The notes under the pieces were generated by a model that was given only the letters and a program-made list of their open reading frames with translations, searched no databases and was not told the DNA's origin. DNA of 63,333 nt, the filler included, from Octopus bimaculoides (Eukaryota): assembly GCF_001194135.2 (NCBI RefSeq). It is 7 parts of 6 records of this genome, joined end to end, with 100 filler letters (N's around TTAATTAATTAA, not from the genome) between each part and the next. Parts side by side here need not be neighbours in the genome. Positions count along the whole stretch, not along the records: positions 28,219 to 51,934 come from NC_068994.1; 6 more parts are not named here. One strand, 5' to 3'. A program made the translations under genes and the position numbers. Shown here piece after piece: positions 28,460 through 41,261 of this stretch. Position 1 is the first letter of the stretch; each line of letters opens with the position of its first letter.

Positions 28460-29589
28460 TATTTCTTCAATATTTGCTTGTGTTGGAATTCATTTTCGTT
28501 TTTTTAAACTCGATATCGTTATTACCTATACCACGTTATATCTACTTGTTATTCTTGTTGTTGTTGTGGATGATATTGTATATTTCAGTGAGGGTATCGA
28601 TGTGTATTTGTGTGTGTATGAGTATGTGTGTGTGTGCGTATGTGTATGTGTGTGTTTGTCTAGATTGCCACCATCGTTGTATGACTTGTATGTCCTGTGT
28701 AAGGAGTGAGGGTTTGTGGTGGGCGACGTTTTTTATGAGTGTTTAATGTTTAATTTACATTTCTGTCTCGATATAAAGTCGCTTATAAATTTTAATATCT
28801 CCGAAACTTATCCATTAATCTATCTACATATATCCAAGTACACACGTACGTACACACACACTCGTGCGCGCGAGCTGTAAATATATGGACCATTCTTTTA
28901 TATTGTTATACACTGGATTCGTTCTTTCCGTTCGTTTATGTCACACAGACTTTGGTCATAGCCTCAATTAATACGTTCTTAGTTGTAAAGCACTTTCAGT
29001 CAATAAATGCTTCGATTAGATAAATTGCGATGTCCTTTGTGGTGTTCATGTATGATGTCTGGGTGTCACATAAATCACTTCTTAAAAAAAAATATAATTT
29101 CAAACTCAATGTCTGTTGGGACTTCAAAGTCCTTTTAACGTCTTTTCACAACCTTTTTCGGCTGAATATAATAAACTCACTCTGGCTGAAAGGGCAAGCG
29201 ATCGTAGAAACATTCTAATGTTGCCGACTGTTTATCCTAAGACAATAAATCTCTTTTTTCAGGTACATTCGTAAGTCATTGCTTCGTTCATTCATTTCAC
29301 TTTAATCATTGCACCAACAAGTATTTAATTAGTTGAACCGGTCAAGAAAGCTCTGTGGTGTTGAAGTCCGTCTGAACGGTCACCCTTTCCATAAGTGTCC
29401 ACTTCTACATTTCGAAGTTGATTCAAAACGCATCAAACGAAATATTTAGTCGATATAATTGAGAAAAAAACCCAAACAGTGTTGCCTCTGCATGGCCACT
29501 GTCTAATAATCGGAACCAGTAAAAGAATAAAAGATTATTCTTACTTTTAGAAATGGCACAAGTGGTTAATTTAGTTGAATTTTGTCGAG

Positions 29590-29899
29590 ATGGTTGCAAG
29601 ATGGAAATGTAATATGAAGACATTGGAAGCCAAGAGAAAACTCTTAACAAATTAAATGGTTACACAAAAATAAAGAAATTGTAAACATTCTCTTTTTCTT
29701 GATCTTTTTACTTTTCTATTTTCGTTCATTTAAAGATTTTGGTGAACTATTAAAAGTCTTTAAATCCAATAATCCGGCAGAGAAATTTAATGAGAGCTTA
29801 ATAAATAACTCATGGTTGATAAGACTGGAATCTGTAGCTAATATATTTTCTAAATTAAATGATGTTAATCTATCATTAGCAGGAAAGAATATTACATGA
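29590..29899 (+). mobile_element. hAT (Buster/Charlie) transposase relic
   Basis: WLIRLESVANIFSKLNDVNLSLAGKNIT resembles the hAT WLxxLAYLADIFSKLNELNLSLQGK motif. Confidence 0.7.
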
Positions 29900-31125
29900 T
29901 ATTACAATGGATAAGTTTCTCTATTAAAAAATAAGAAAAACAAAATTCCCCAACCGCCCCCAAAATGCTGGTTTTCCAAAGAAAAAAATCATTTTGATTA
30001 GTTGTCTAGTTTCTGCAAACTTCTGACTTGAATAATGGAGTCCAGAAGGAGATTAAGAATGGAATTTTACTTTTTATAACATTTCAGTTACTTTTAGTCT
30101 TCTTTTTTTGGAATAGTCTTCTGTGAACAGAATTGAAAGTTTGAAGTTTACCTGTGATCAAAGAACAACCCGCAGTGTAAATAAAAGGGGTGAGCGAATC
30201 TCTACGTTGTCGCTAAAAATAGCAGCCAAAATTCATCCACACACATACACAGACACAAGCATACATATATAATCGTTTTGCTCAATATCTGAAATAAAAC
30301 GAAAGATTTTACTCAGAACGTTTCATAGCTAAATAGAATTAAGAGCGATTACTGTATCAACAATAAATTTTAGTCAATCGACTCCGAAAATTTTACGAAA
30401 GCGATTGGAAAAGCTGTATGAAGATAAAACACCAATAAATACCCAACAGACTGGATAACGATGAGGAAATTAGTTATAGGAATATTTAAAAGAACACCAG
30501 TTTCCTGATGTATCTCGTAGCCCCAAATGAAAACGCTCAATAGAAAACTTAAGGCTTTTTGCCAGCTCGCTGATTTATTAATGCTGTCACAATTAATTCC
30601 TCCAAGACCATGGCTTGATTACACAGAGAGGTTTCATTCTGTTCCTCACTTTTGGTTGCTCAAGTCACTGCACTTAACAAAAGTACATGCTTGTCTCTTA
30701 TTTGCTGTCATTAATAGGTTCACAAAGATGCTGTTCAGCCGCATACTTTTAACCGAAGTTTGACCATTGTCTCCGATGTTAAAGATATTTCATGCATTTC
30801 GTGTTTTATACTGGTTCGTACATGTCTCCGTTCGTACAACAAGTCTTTATCAATCTTGTTTAGTTCCACGTCTTTAGTTCCATACATTTGTATTTATACT
30901 CGCTGCTTACATATTGCCATTCATATTTGTCCAGTGATTTCGTTCGTGATGTGTGTTTAACAATGTATATTCTTTAATAATAGACTTACCAGTACTTCTA
31001 GTCTGTTGAAACAGAAGAAACACAAACGGCCATGTTGAATATGATAATAAACATTAATAGCTGAATACATCTTCGCTTTATGGTGCAAATACAACTTGCA
31101 GGTTACGAGTATTGAAGATGGAAAT

Positions 31126-31177
<52 letters not shown>

Positions 31178-32302
31178 ACGCGCGCGCTCACGCACGCACA
31201 CCTCGACGTTCGTTGATCGCAAGGATACTGAGTAGAAATGCAATGAGCCGTTCGCTGTTTCTAAACAAACCAAAACTCCGCAACATTCTTTGAATAGTCT
31301 TTCTTCCTCCACTGTAACCAAAGTCGCACGTCTGAACCCTTCTGGTCGAATACCATCTTCGAGCTAAGAACACGAAGCTGAAGATTGGAATAACATAATC
31401 GTTTCATTTATCCAAGAGTTTTATCTCATTCGGCTCATTGAATAAATTGTAAGTGTAATGAAGTTTACGTGTTGGAAAACCTTCTTTTAGGAAAAAAAGC
31501 AAAACACTCGACTGAGACACTCGCGGATGTGTATAAATTTAGAACACAAAAATTCCTTTTCTAATTAGGAAAAAAAAAAAATGGCGGCGGCGATGGCGGT
31601 GGCTTATCTCCCGCTAGCGATATAAACACGAGTGATTATATGCACTACAAGTCAACATGAGAAGTTCTGTAATGGTAACTAAGGCAATATTTTCTGTTTT
31701 AACACATCCTTTTTTTAAGTGGTGACGAATATTATCTTTAGGTATCAATACTACTTCTGTCTCTATAAATTATTTCAAAAATAAAATAAAAATAAAGATT
31801 CAAGCGCCATATTTTTTTCTGAAACACCATAGATTGTCGCATAAAAGCTTTCAAACAATCAGCAATACGCACATATTTGCAGATAAACCTACAAATAATA
31901 GAAGCAGAAGAACTTGCCTCTCCACTAAAAGAAGAAGATTGCGTGCAATGCATCGTAATGTGCACAACCTAGATTACCCTTAAACAGGCACGTGCCGTCA
32001 GTAACTACTCAGGGTTGGCTGTTGGTGACCTTTATGTAGTAAAACACACAACAGATAAGCGAATCACAAACGCGCGACTGAATTGAAGGCAGATTTACTT
32101 CTGCCTTTATAACACGTAAACAAAACGATGTTGTAGGAATGTACGCAGCACGTATAGTACAGCAGTACTATGCGTAGCTTAAATACTGAGATTGAAAAGC
32201 AGGGGCGAATGATGCCTACTTAATCTACAAAGCAATAAAATATTTTGCATTTTATGCATAGTAATCAGAATAACCTTCATAATTTCATTGAATTAGGTGC
32301 AT

Positions 32303-32483
32303 ATTATTTACATTTGACGGATATTTGTCCTCATCTTGTTTGTTGTTAACACAACGTTTCGGCTGATATATCCTCCAGCCAAGTCTCTTGGGAGAAATAT
32401 CGAACCTGGGTTCTCATTCCTCAGGTATTTTCGATGATGTTGTTGCTGTTGTTGTTGTTGTTATTATTATTATTATTATTATC

Positions 32484-32514
<31 letters not shown>

Positions 32515-32589
32515 TCACTGCCTGGAATCAAACTCGGAATCTTGGGGTTAGTAGCCCGCGCTCTTAACCATTACGCCATATTCCTGTGA

Positions 32590-32642
<53 letters not shown>

Positions 32643-32764
32643 GCATCATCGAAAAACACCTTAGGAATGAGATCCCAGGTTCGAAAGGCTGGAGAGTATA
32701 TCAGCCGAAACGTTGTGTTAACAACAAACAAGATGAGGACAAATATCCGTCAAATGTAAATAAT
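32303..32764. mobile_element. tRNA-headed SINE (minus strand, ~32578 to 32303) plus an inverted headless copy (32586-32764), forming a long hairpin
   Basis: Arms 32303-32518 and 32586-32764 are reverse complements, including (ATT)n/(AAT)n. The 67-nt loop reads on minus TGGCGTAATGGTTAAGAGCGCGGGCTACTAACCCCAAGATTCCGAGTTTGATTCCAGG (A and B boxes). Confidence 0.88.
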
Positions 32765-33210
32765 GTAAATAATGTACATAATTCCTCATTAATCTTAAGG
32801 CTAGCAATGGTGGAACATTAGTGCAATAGAACTTTAGACGATATTCTGTGGGTGAGTAACATTGAAAAGAAACCACTCTGCAGATTTATACAACTGAATG
32901 TAGATTTTAATCAAATCTGTAAATGTACCATTAGGAATGTTGACAGCAGGAATCCGCTCTTGAAATAACGATTGGTACTGGGTTAACAGGGAGGTGTCGC
33001 ATTTGATGAGCGTTTCCATAGATGCTACAGCGGTGGGTGGGTGGGNNNNNNNNNNNNNNNNNNNNNNNNNNNNNNNNNNNNNNNNNNNNNNNNNNNNNNN
33101 NNNNNNNNNNNNNNNNNNNNNNNNNNNNNNNNNNNNNNNNNNNNNNNNNNNNNNNNNNNNNNNNNNNNNNNNNNNNNNNNNNNNNNNNNNNNNNNNNNNN
33201 NNNNNNNNNN

Positions 33211-33247
<37 letters not shown>

Positions 33248-33866
33248 GCGCACAGACACACACACACATAAACACGCACAAACACGCACAAACACACACA
33301 CAAAGCGCACAGACACACGTATATCCATATATATATATATATATATATGGATATACACGTTACATACACACGGGGAGCGACAGAGAAAGACTGAAGAATG
33401 CGAAGATGTAAAGAATATGAGAGAATGCGAAGACCTGTTCTAATGCGAAGGAGGAGACACGATAGAAAAGAACAGCTCTGAAGAGGCAGATCATAGACTT
33501 TGCATTTAAATACGGTTACTGTGGAATTGTGGGAATTTTGTAGTTATTAAAAAAAGATAAAGTACCAGCTTCGTTTTCTAAATTTTAACTCCATTTCTAC
33601 TGAAAATACCAGCTCAATAATCGTTAGTAACAGAGGCAGCAGAGAGTCAATGAGAAGTGGGCCGCTTGGAAAGGTCAAGACGTGACACCCTTTTGAATAG
33701 AATTGTAAAAAAAAAAGTTTTTGAAATGGTTTTAAAAGAATCAAGAAATAGTTTGGGTGGATCGGGGTGGAAAATAAAGCAAAAACGGCGAGAAAGATAA
33801 GATAGAAAAGCTAGATGTACAAAACGAAAATGGCGTGAAAGCAAGAAAGACACGATAGACAGATGG

Positions 33867-33905
<39 letters not shown>

Positions 33906-34216
33906 TCGAAAGAAATGAATAAAAATATACGGTAAATTAAGAGAAAGAGAGAAAACTGACCGAAAAGAAACAAACATAAATGTATAGGATTTTATTTAAA
34001 AAAATTGATGTGAGGAAAGAAGGACGAGAATAACTGATAAATTGAAAAATATTTTAAGATGGATCGTTGAAAAGAATGAATAAAGGCGATATGTTATAAA
34101 GAGACAGGCAGTAAGCCGGATATTTAGACAGGTAGAAATGCGTGACAAATAGAAAGGTAGGAAGGAATAATAAATAAACAAATTGATAGGATGACTTGAG
34201 TTCAAAAAAGTCAGAC

Positions 34217-34257
<41 letters not shown>

Positions 34258-34817
34258 ATGGTTATGAAAATATAATGCCTGGTCAAAATAGATAAAGGAA
34301 GAATGGAAGAAAACAGAAATGAATGGATTAATAAATTAATTGTAAACGTGAGAGACATGGGATAATATATAAACCATTTGAATGAAAGTCGAGAAGGAAA
34401 GAAAGATGACTAGATTGAATTGAATTTAAAGGAAGGAGTAAAATCATAGAAGATTTGAATGAAGGTGGGAAAGCCAGACAAAAAAAAAAAAGGAACAAAT
34501 GATTGAAGGAATGAGAAAGAAAGAGAAAATGGAAAACAGGTGAGGGAAATATAGAATTAATGTAGAAATTGAAAATGAAGAAGAAACGAGTAGATTGAAG
34601 GAAAGCGTGAAAGAAAACAGAGATTAACAAAAAATTGAGAGAGCTTTGAATGTGAAGAGAGAAGAGATATAAAAGAAGTCAAAATGAGATAAAAATGGAC
34701 GAAATTTTCGTCATATATGAAATATCATTTTGCCATGATTCAATATTATCATCATCATCGTCGTCGTTGTCGTCGTCATCATCATCATCATCATCATCAC
34801 TATCACTATTATTATTA

Positions 34818-34877
<60 letters not shown>

Positions 34878-35272
34878 GTAGTAGTAGTAGTAGTAGTAGT
34901 AGTAGCTGTAGCAGTTCGTAAAAATATGAAAATATTTAGCATTTTCAGTATAAATCAAGTATTTTGATAATTTTGTGAAGAAAGCCACAACAAATTTCTG
35001 CCATCTTAGAAATGTGTTAGAAAATAACCATGAAACCTGTTGGTTATCATGTTTTAGTCTTCAACCAACAAACGCAAGATGGCGGCGTCAGTAGACAATG
35101 CGGTTGGACGCTTCATATTTTGTGTCTGTTTACTAAAAAGAAAAAAAGTATTACTTTGGACAGAGGTCTACGAATTTAGAGGGGAGGGAATTTAGTGAAT
35201 TGAACATGACGAATATTTATGTTATTTCCGTCTACAATGAACCGCTAGAACAAACAAGAATACAGAACGAAT

Positions 35273-35337
35273 GCAGTGGTCCCGAATCAGTTTTGCGCTA
35301 GGGGCCGGTTTCATGCAAGATCAATTTCTCTACGGAC
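35273..35337 (+). mobile_element. hAT Charlie3/MER1-like terminal fragment
   Basis: CAGTGGTCCCGAATCAGTTTTGCGCTAGGGGCCGGTTTCATGCAAGATCAATTTCTCTACGGAC resembles the recalled MER1/Charlie3-type end CAGCGGTCCCCAACCTTTTTGGCACCAGGGACCGGTTTC...TTTTCCACGGAC. Confidence 0.6.
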
Positions 35338-35352
35338 GGAGGAATCACACAC

Positions 35353-35426
<74 letters not shown>

Positions 35427-35428
35427 TA

Positions 35429-35905
35429 GCTATACCAGTGGTGACTTACAGTTTCAATATCATTAACTGGTCAATTACTGAATATGTCATCTTGACAGAA
35501 AAATACGAAAATGGTTGACAATGCATAGAATTCACCACCCTAAGGCAGATATAGAACGACTTTATCAGCCAAGAAAAACGGGAGGCCGTGGTCTTTTACA
35601 ACCGGAATTAACAATGAAGATTGTCACAATTGGCCTAAACACCTACCTGAAAACCTCTGAGGACTGGATGTTAAAATTTGTCTCAAGGCATGAAAACAAG
35701 AAAGCATCATACTCAGTAACAAAACAGGAAAAGAAATATCTGAGTGAATTCCAAATACAACAAATTCCAGAATGAGACATACGAGAAACAAGCAGAGAAA
35801 AAGCTAAGCGTATGAAAACCCGTGCTAAAACTGCTGCCTTAGATATTCTTACTGATAAATGGCAAGAAAAAGCTCTCAATGGCAAATACTCAAGGAGAGC
35901 TAATA
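35429..35905 (+). mobile_element. R4/Dong-type (RLE) non-LTR retrotransposon fragment, immediately after a (TAA)n array
   Basis: AIPVVTYSFNIINW...HHPKADIERLYQPRKTGGRGLLQ...KWQEKALNGKY. Confidence 0.85.
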
Positions 35906-36039
35906 GTGCTGGATCTGAGTGCATTTAATTCTGTGATGGGGAGTGGCACCGACCACAAATTTTGAAATACTAGCGACTGGACTTGTCTTTTTCCACTCAC
36001 CATCATGTTTCCTTATATATATTTGCGAATTAGCCACCC

Positions 36040-36074
<35 letters not shown>

Positions 36075-36511
36075 AAAATCAATAAATGAAAGTGTAAACC
36101 ATTGCCACAGACATCTNNNNNNNNNNNNNNNNNNNNNNNNNNNNNNNNNNNNNNNNNNNNNNNNNNNNNNNNNNNNNNNNNNNNNNNNNNNNNNNNNNNN
36201 NNNNNNNNNNNNNNNNNNNNNNNNNNNNNNNNNNNNNNNNNNNNNNNNNNNNNNNNNNNNNNNNNNNNNNNNNNNNNNNNNNNNNNNNNNNNNNNNNNNN
36301 NNNNNNNNNNNNNNNNNNNNNNNNNNNNNNNNNNNNNNNNNNNNNNNNNNNNNNNNNNNNNNNNNNNNNNNNNNNNNNNNNNNNNNNNNNNNNNNNNNNN
36401 NNNNNNNNNNNNNNNNNNNNNNNNNNNNNNNNNNNNNNNNNNNNNNNNNNNNNNNNNNNNNNNNNNNNNNNNNNNNNNNNNNNNNNNNNNNNNNNNNNNN
36501 NNNNNNNNNNN

Positions 36512-36552
<41 letters not shown>

Positions 36553-36801
36553 AATGTGATTGCCTGGTATATATAAGCGAACCCAGATTATTGCAAATGA
36601 AGCTCAGGTGTGAATCAGGGCTGTCAAATATGAAACCTTAAAGTAGGGGTCACCCAATTTATTTCGTGTCTTTTTGGAAAATATTAAAAAGTTGTAATCA
36701 ATAGCTTCCCTATCATCAAAGCACTTGTATATATCGATCAAGGGAGACAATAGATACATATTCAATAATTAATTGTATAACAATCTCCCTCTCCCTCCCC
36801 C

Positions 36802-36841
<40 letters not shown>

Positions 36842-37173
36842 TTCTCTCTCTCTCGTTATGTGTATACGCGCGCGCGTGTGCATGTGTGTACGTGAATGTG
36901 TATGGTATGCGAGTGCATATATGTCTATATACGTATATATATATGCTTATATATGTATATATGGGAGATACAGGCGCCCTGATTCACACTACTGTCATCG
37001 TTAAATTCACTTACCTGTATACAGCCTCTTACACTATCAACAGCCACGTAATTCTGTCGAGTAAAGCAACAATTTCATTGATATATCACTAGGGGGCGTT
37101 GTGACTTTGCTTTCTGATAACGTATGCCAAGACTGAGTGATTGGCGAGCCAACACATAGAAGGAAAGGCCACT

Positions 37174-37211
<38 letters not shown>

Positions 37212-37609
37212 ACACAACATGTATGCATATATATATCGTCAGTAGTTCGTATATCCGAAAAAGAAGCGCTAGAACAGTAAAGTATTTTTTAGGAAGTTAA
37301 TAGTTATGGCCATTTATGGCGTGACCATTGGCCTCACATCTGTAAAGCACTTAGTGGTATAAGTGACTCGTTAGACTCAAATGGTTGAAGGCGCATAACC
37401 TCTCTAGAAACTGGAGGAAGAAATGCGTAACAGTCAGTTGGTTTAGTAAAGAAAAAAATGTCCGTGTTGCGGGCGGGACAATTCAACGAATGGGGAATTC
37501 CAAGTCTGAAATAGGAAACATTTTAAATGCGGGCATTGACTGAATAGTTCATTCCTGAAGTTTAAAAAAGGCTTCAGGTAAAGTGTGACTTTTAAGATTC
37601 TTACAGAAG

Positions 37610-37941
37610 ATCGAAGAGCTTGGTTGGGAAAAAATTCCCCATCCACCTTATTCTCCCGACCTTGCTCCTTCAGACTACCATTTGTTTCGTAGTTTACAGA
37701 ATCATTTGGGGGACATAACTTTCGCAAGGCAGGAGGAGGTCGAAACTGACATTTCAGAGTTCTTCGCTTTGAAACCAAAAGAGTTTTACATTGATGGGAT
37801 TAAAAAGCTTGTAAATAGATGGAAGAGAGTCATAGATAATCAGGGAAAGTACACTAATGATTAAATTTCAATCAAATATAACATTTGATCACTTGTTTTC
37901 TTTATTCAAAATTCGGACAGATCTTATGGGATGACCTGATA
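37610..37941 (+). mobile_element. Mariner transposase C-terminus and right TIR
   Basis: LGWEKIPHPPYSPDLAPSDYHLFRSLQNHL...FYIDGIKKLVNRWKRVIDNQGKYTND*, followed by the TIR-like TTATGGGATGACCTGATA. Confidence 0.92.
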
Positions 37942-39242
37942 CTAGCCATGTTTAGTCTCGTGTTTTGGCTGTATTGTACCATGTTCGTTCAATTCATGTA
38001 CAATCTTTTTTATTCTGTGATTGCAATCACTTTTCTGCGACAGTTCTGTGATTTTGCATTCGTAGTTTTAGTTCATTATTTTGATTCCAAAACATAACTG
38101 GTATTTATTACTTCGTTCTTTAAAGTCAGCATGCTGGCAAATTCATTAGCGAGCCGGACAAAATGCAGAGTGATATTTCTTCCGACTCTTCCCGATCTGA
38201 GTTCAAATTCCACCGAGGTCGATTTTGCTTTAAATCCTTTCGGAGTCGATAAATAAAGTACCAGCTGAGTATTGGGGTCAATGTGATTGACTTAATCCTC
38301 CCTTACAATTGCTGGACCATAACTCAAGAATGTATGTGGCATAGGTGTTTCGTTCGACGCTCAGGTTTTCTCCGATTTACGCACGCATTGGCAAGATACA
38401 CAACGACATACAGAAATGAATAACTTCATTAAAATAAAGGGCGGGGTTAATAAATATGGAATGAAGACAGAAGACACAGTGGAATAAATTGAAATGAATG
38501 GTATAAAGGTGGCGGGGAGGGAGAAGTAGAAGAAAAGGAAGGGATGAGGAGCGGAGAAGAGGAAAACAATTGTGAAATATCATTGAGATGAAGCAGCGGA
38601 AAATAAGACGACTTCTCGGAAATTATAGGAAATGTTATAGGATTATTATTTTGGAAGGGATCGCTACTTAAGCATCGAATTATCCTCCATTTTCCATTGT
38701 TGGCTGAGCTTTAAGCCATTTTCTCACGGCATCAGCAAATTCCTTAAACTAAATTCTGCAACAACGATAACATTAACAATATCAAAGACAACATTGCCGA
38801 CAGTGAAAGTAAAAAACAAAAAACAAAAAATAAAAAATAAAAAGCATAAATCTAACGAACATGCAAACAAAGTATTTAGAAAACAAATACAGCAGCATTT
38901 TGGAGGGGGCCGGATAAAATGCTTAGCAGCATTTCTTTCGGCTCTACGTTCGGAGTTCAAATGCCGCCGGAATCCACTTTACCTTTCATCCTTTCGCGGT
39001 CTATAAAATAAGTTAGAGTCGAGCCCTGGGGGTCGATCTAATCGGCTATGCCCCCTCCCCTCAAAACTGCTGGTTTCGAGCCAAAAATTAGAAAGAATTA
39101 TCAAGGCAGTGAGCTGGCAGAATGATTAGCGTGTCGAACAAAATGCTAAAGAATGGATTCCGCTAAAGGCAGCCGACCACTCAATTCCATCTTCCAATTC
39201 CCCTTCTCCCTCCTCCTCCTCCTCCTCCTCATCATCATCATC

Positions 39243-39273
<31 letters not shown>

Positions 39274-39676
39274 ATGGCTGCAGCAAACTTTTCATTTTTA
39301 TTCCCCTTTTTATTATACACATCCTCATTAACTTTATTATCAAGATCCACCACCACCGCCGCCACCACCACCNNNNNNNNNNNNNNNNNNNNNNNNNNNN
39401 NNNNNNNNNNNNNNNNNNNNNNNNNNNNNNNNNNNNNNNNNNNNNNNNNNNNNNNNNNNNNNNNNNNNNNNNNNNNNNNNNNNNNNNNNNNNNNNNNNNN
39501 NNNNNNNNNNNNNNNNNNNNNNNNNNNNNNNNNNNNNNNNNNNNNNNNNNNNNNNNNNNNNNNNNNNNNNNNNNNNNNNNNNNNNNNNNNNNNNNNNNNN
39601 NNNNNNNNNNNNNNNNNNNNNNNNNNNNNNNNNNNNNNNNNNNNNNNNNNNNNNNNNNNNNNNNNNNNNNNNNNNN

Positions 39677-39740
<64 letters not shown>

Positions 39741-39941
39741 TGAGAGAGAAAGAGAGAGTTCAATGGACGAAGTTGTCGTAAATAGACCGTCTGAATAAAA
39801 TGCAGGTTGGTCACGCCTGGAACGATATTGATCATACGTCTGTTTGATATGGACTGACCTGAGGCTTACCAATAACAAAATCAATAAGCAAACAACAATA
39901 ACAACAACAACAACAGCAACAATAACAAGGGTAGTCTCTAC

Positions 39942-40064
39942 CTGTATGACACCTCCTCCGTTCGTCTGGGGACTGCGATGTTGGAATTCTGAAGGTAGAC
40001 CAATCATTTTGGCCAGCCAATCCATAACGATAGCTTCCAATTCAGTGCAGGCGGGACTAGATGC
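39942..40064 (-). CDS. HDC: Histidine decarboxylase internal exon (123 nt, phase 0-0), equivalent to vertebrate HDC exon 4
   Basis: ctcttcag|GCATCTAGTCCC...GTCATACAG|gtagag translates [41 protein letters not shown] (41 aa). It joins in frame to the 45086-45199 exon (FTW|ASSP) across a 5021-nt intron. Confidence 0.96.
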
Positions 40065-40267
40065 CTGAAGAGAGATAAACATAGCGATAATGAACTTGGG
40101 CGACAAAACACGGCGGCCATGAAGGAAAATAAAGTATTGAACAACGGCTACGAAACATGAAGTCAATGAAAATGGATAAAGATGGTTGCAATAAAAAAAT
40201 GACTATAAGACACGGCAGCAATAAAGAATCAGAAAAATATCTTGAGAAATTATTATTATTATTATTA

Positions 40268-40336
<69 letters not shown>

Positions 40337-40487
40337 TAAATGTGAGAGAGGGGGAACGAAAGAAGGAAGAGTGGAATGAACGAAGTAAGCGTGAAAGGGC
40401 TGATATATATATATATGAGTCGGTGCTCCAGCATGGCTGCAGCCAAATGACTGGAACAAGTAAAAGAATAACAGAATATATATATAT

Positions 40488-40849
40488 ACGACGGGCTTCT
40501 TTCAGTTTCCGTCTACCAAATCCACTCACAAGGCTTTGGTCGGCCCGAGACTATAGTAGAAGACACTTGCCCAAGATGCCACGCAGTGGGACAGAACCCG
40601 GAACCATGTGGTTAGTAAGCAAGCTACTTACCACACACCCACTCCTGCTTTTATACACACACACACACATACACACACACATATATGTATATACGACGGG
40701 CTTCTTTCAGTTTCCGTCTACCAAATCCACTCACAAGGCTTTGGTCGGCCCGAGGTTATAGTAAAAGGCACTTGCCCAAGGTGCCACGCAGTGGGACTGA
40801 ACCTGCAACCAAAAAGCAAGCTACTTATCATACAGCCACGCATGCGCCT
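40488..40849 (-). mobile_element. Two tandem 5' modules of SINE family B in the HDC intron (40488-40648 and 40693-40849)
   Basis: Near-identical ACGACGGGCTTCTTTCAGTTTCCGTCTACCAAATCCACTCACAAGGCTTTGGTCGGCCCGAG blocks. Confidence 0.9.
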
Positions 40850-41217
40850 GCGATAATAAAATAGGTAGCAACATTGATTAAATTAATTTGGCAATTAACA
40901 ATGACAATAATATTATTCTTGTTAAAAAGCAATATTATTGACAGCATGTAGGCCAGCGTATTACTGGTATCAATTCTATCAATCCTGGGTAACTGAACGG
41001 TAAAGTCGATCTTAGTCACTTTAGAACTCAGGAGCTTGGCCTAATAAGAGTTAAAATTTAAGATTTAATAGATTAATTTGACGACCTTATCCGGGAACGG
41101 TATTAATGTAATTCTGACATCAAACAAAAGTTACGCTAATTCTGTATATCCGTTGAAATCTCTACGCATGTGTTCGATGTGGAATTGTAAATCTTCTTTT
41201 GATTAGCTCTCCTCTTT

Positions 41218-41261
<44 letters not shown>

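Noticed and set aside
32519-32585. Functional tRNA-Ser(ACT) gene
   Set aside because: No convincing acceptor stem, and it continues into repeat body sequence, so it is a SINE head.
24474-39942. Overlapping or interleaved ALK and HDC genes
   Set aside because: An artificial spacer at 28119-28218 separates them, so linkage is unproven.
39126-40166. 346-aa ORF as a full gene
   Set aside because: Only 39942-40064 is a real exon. The rest is intron, microsatellite and gap.
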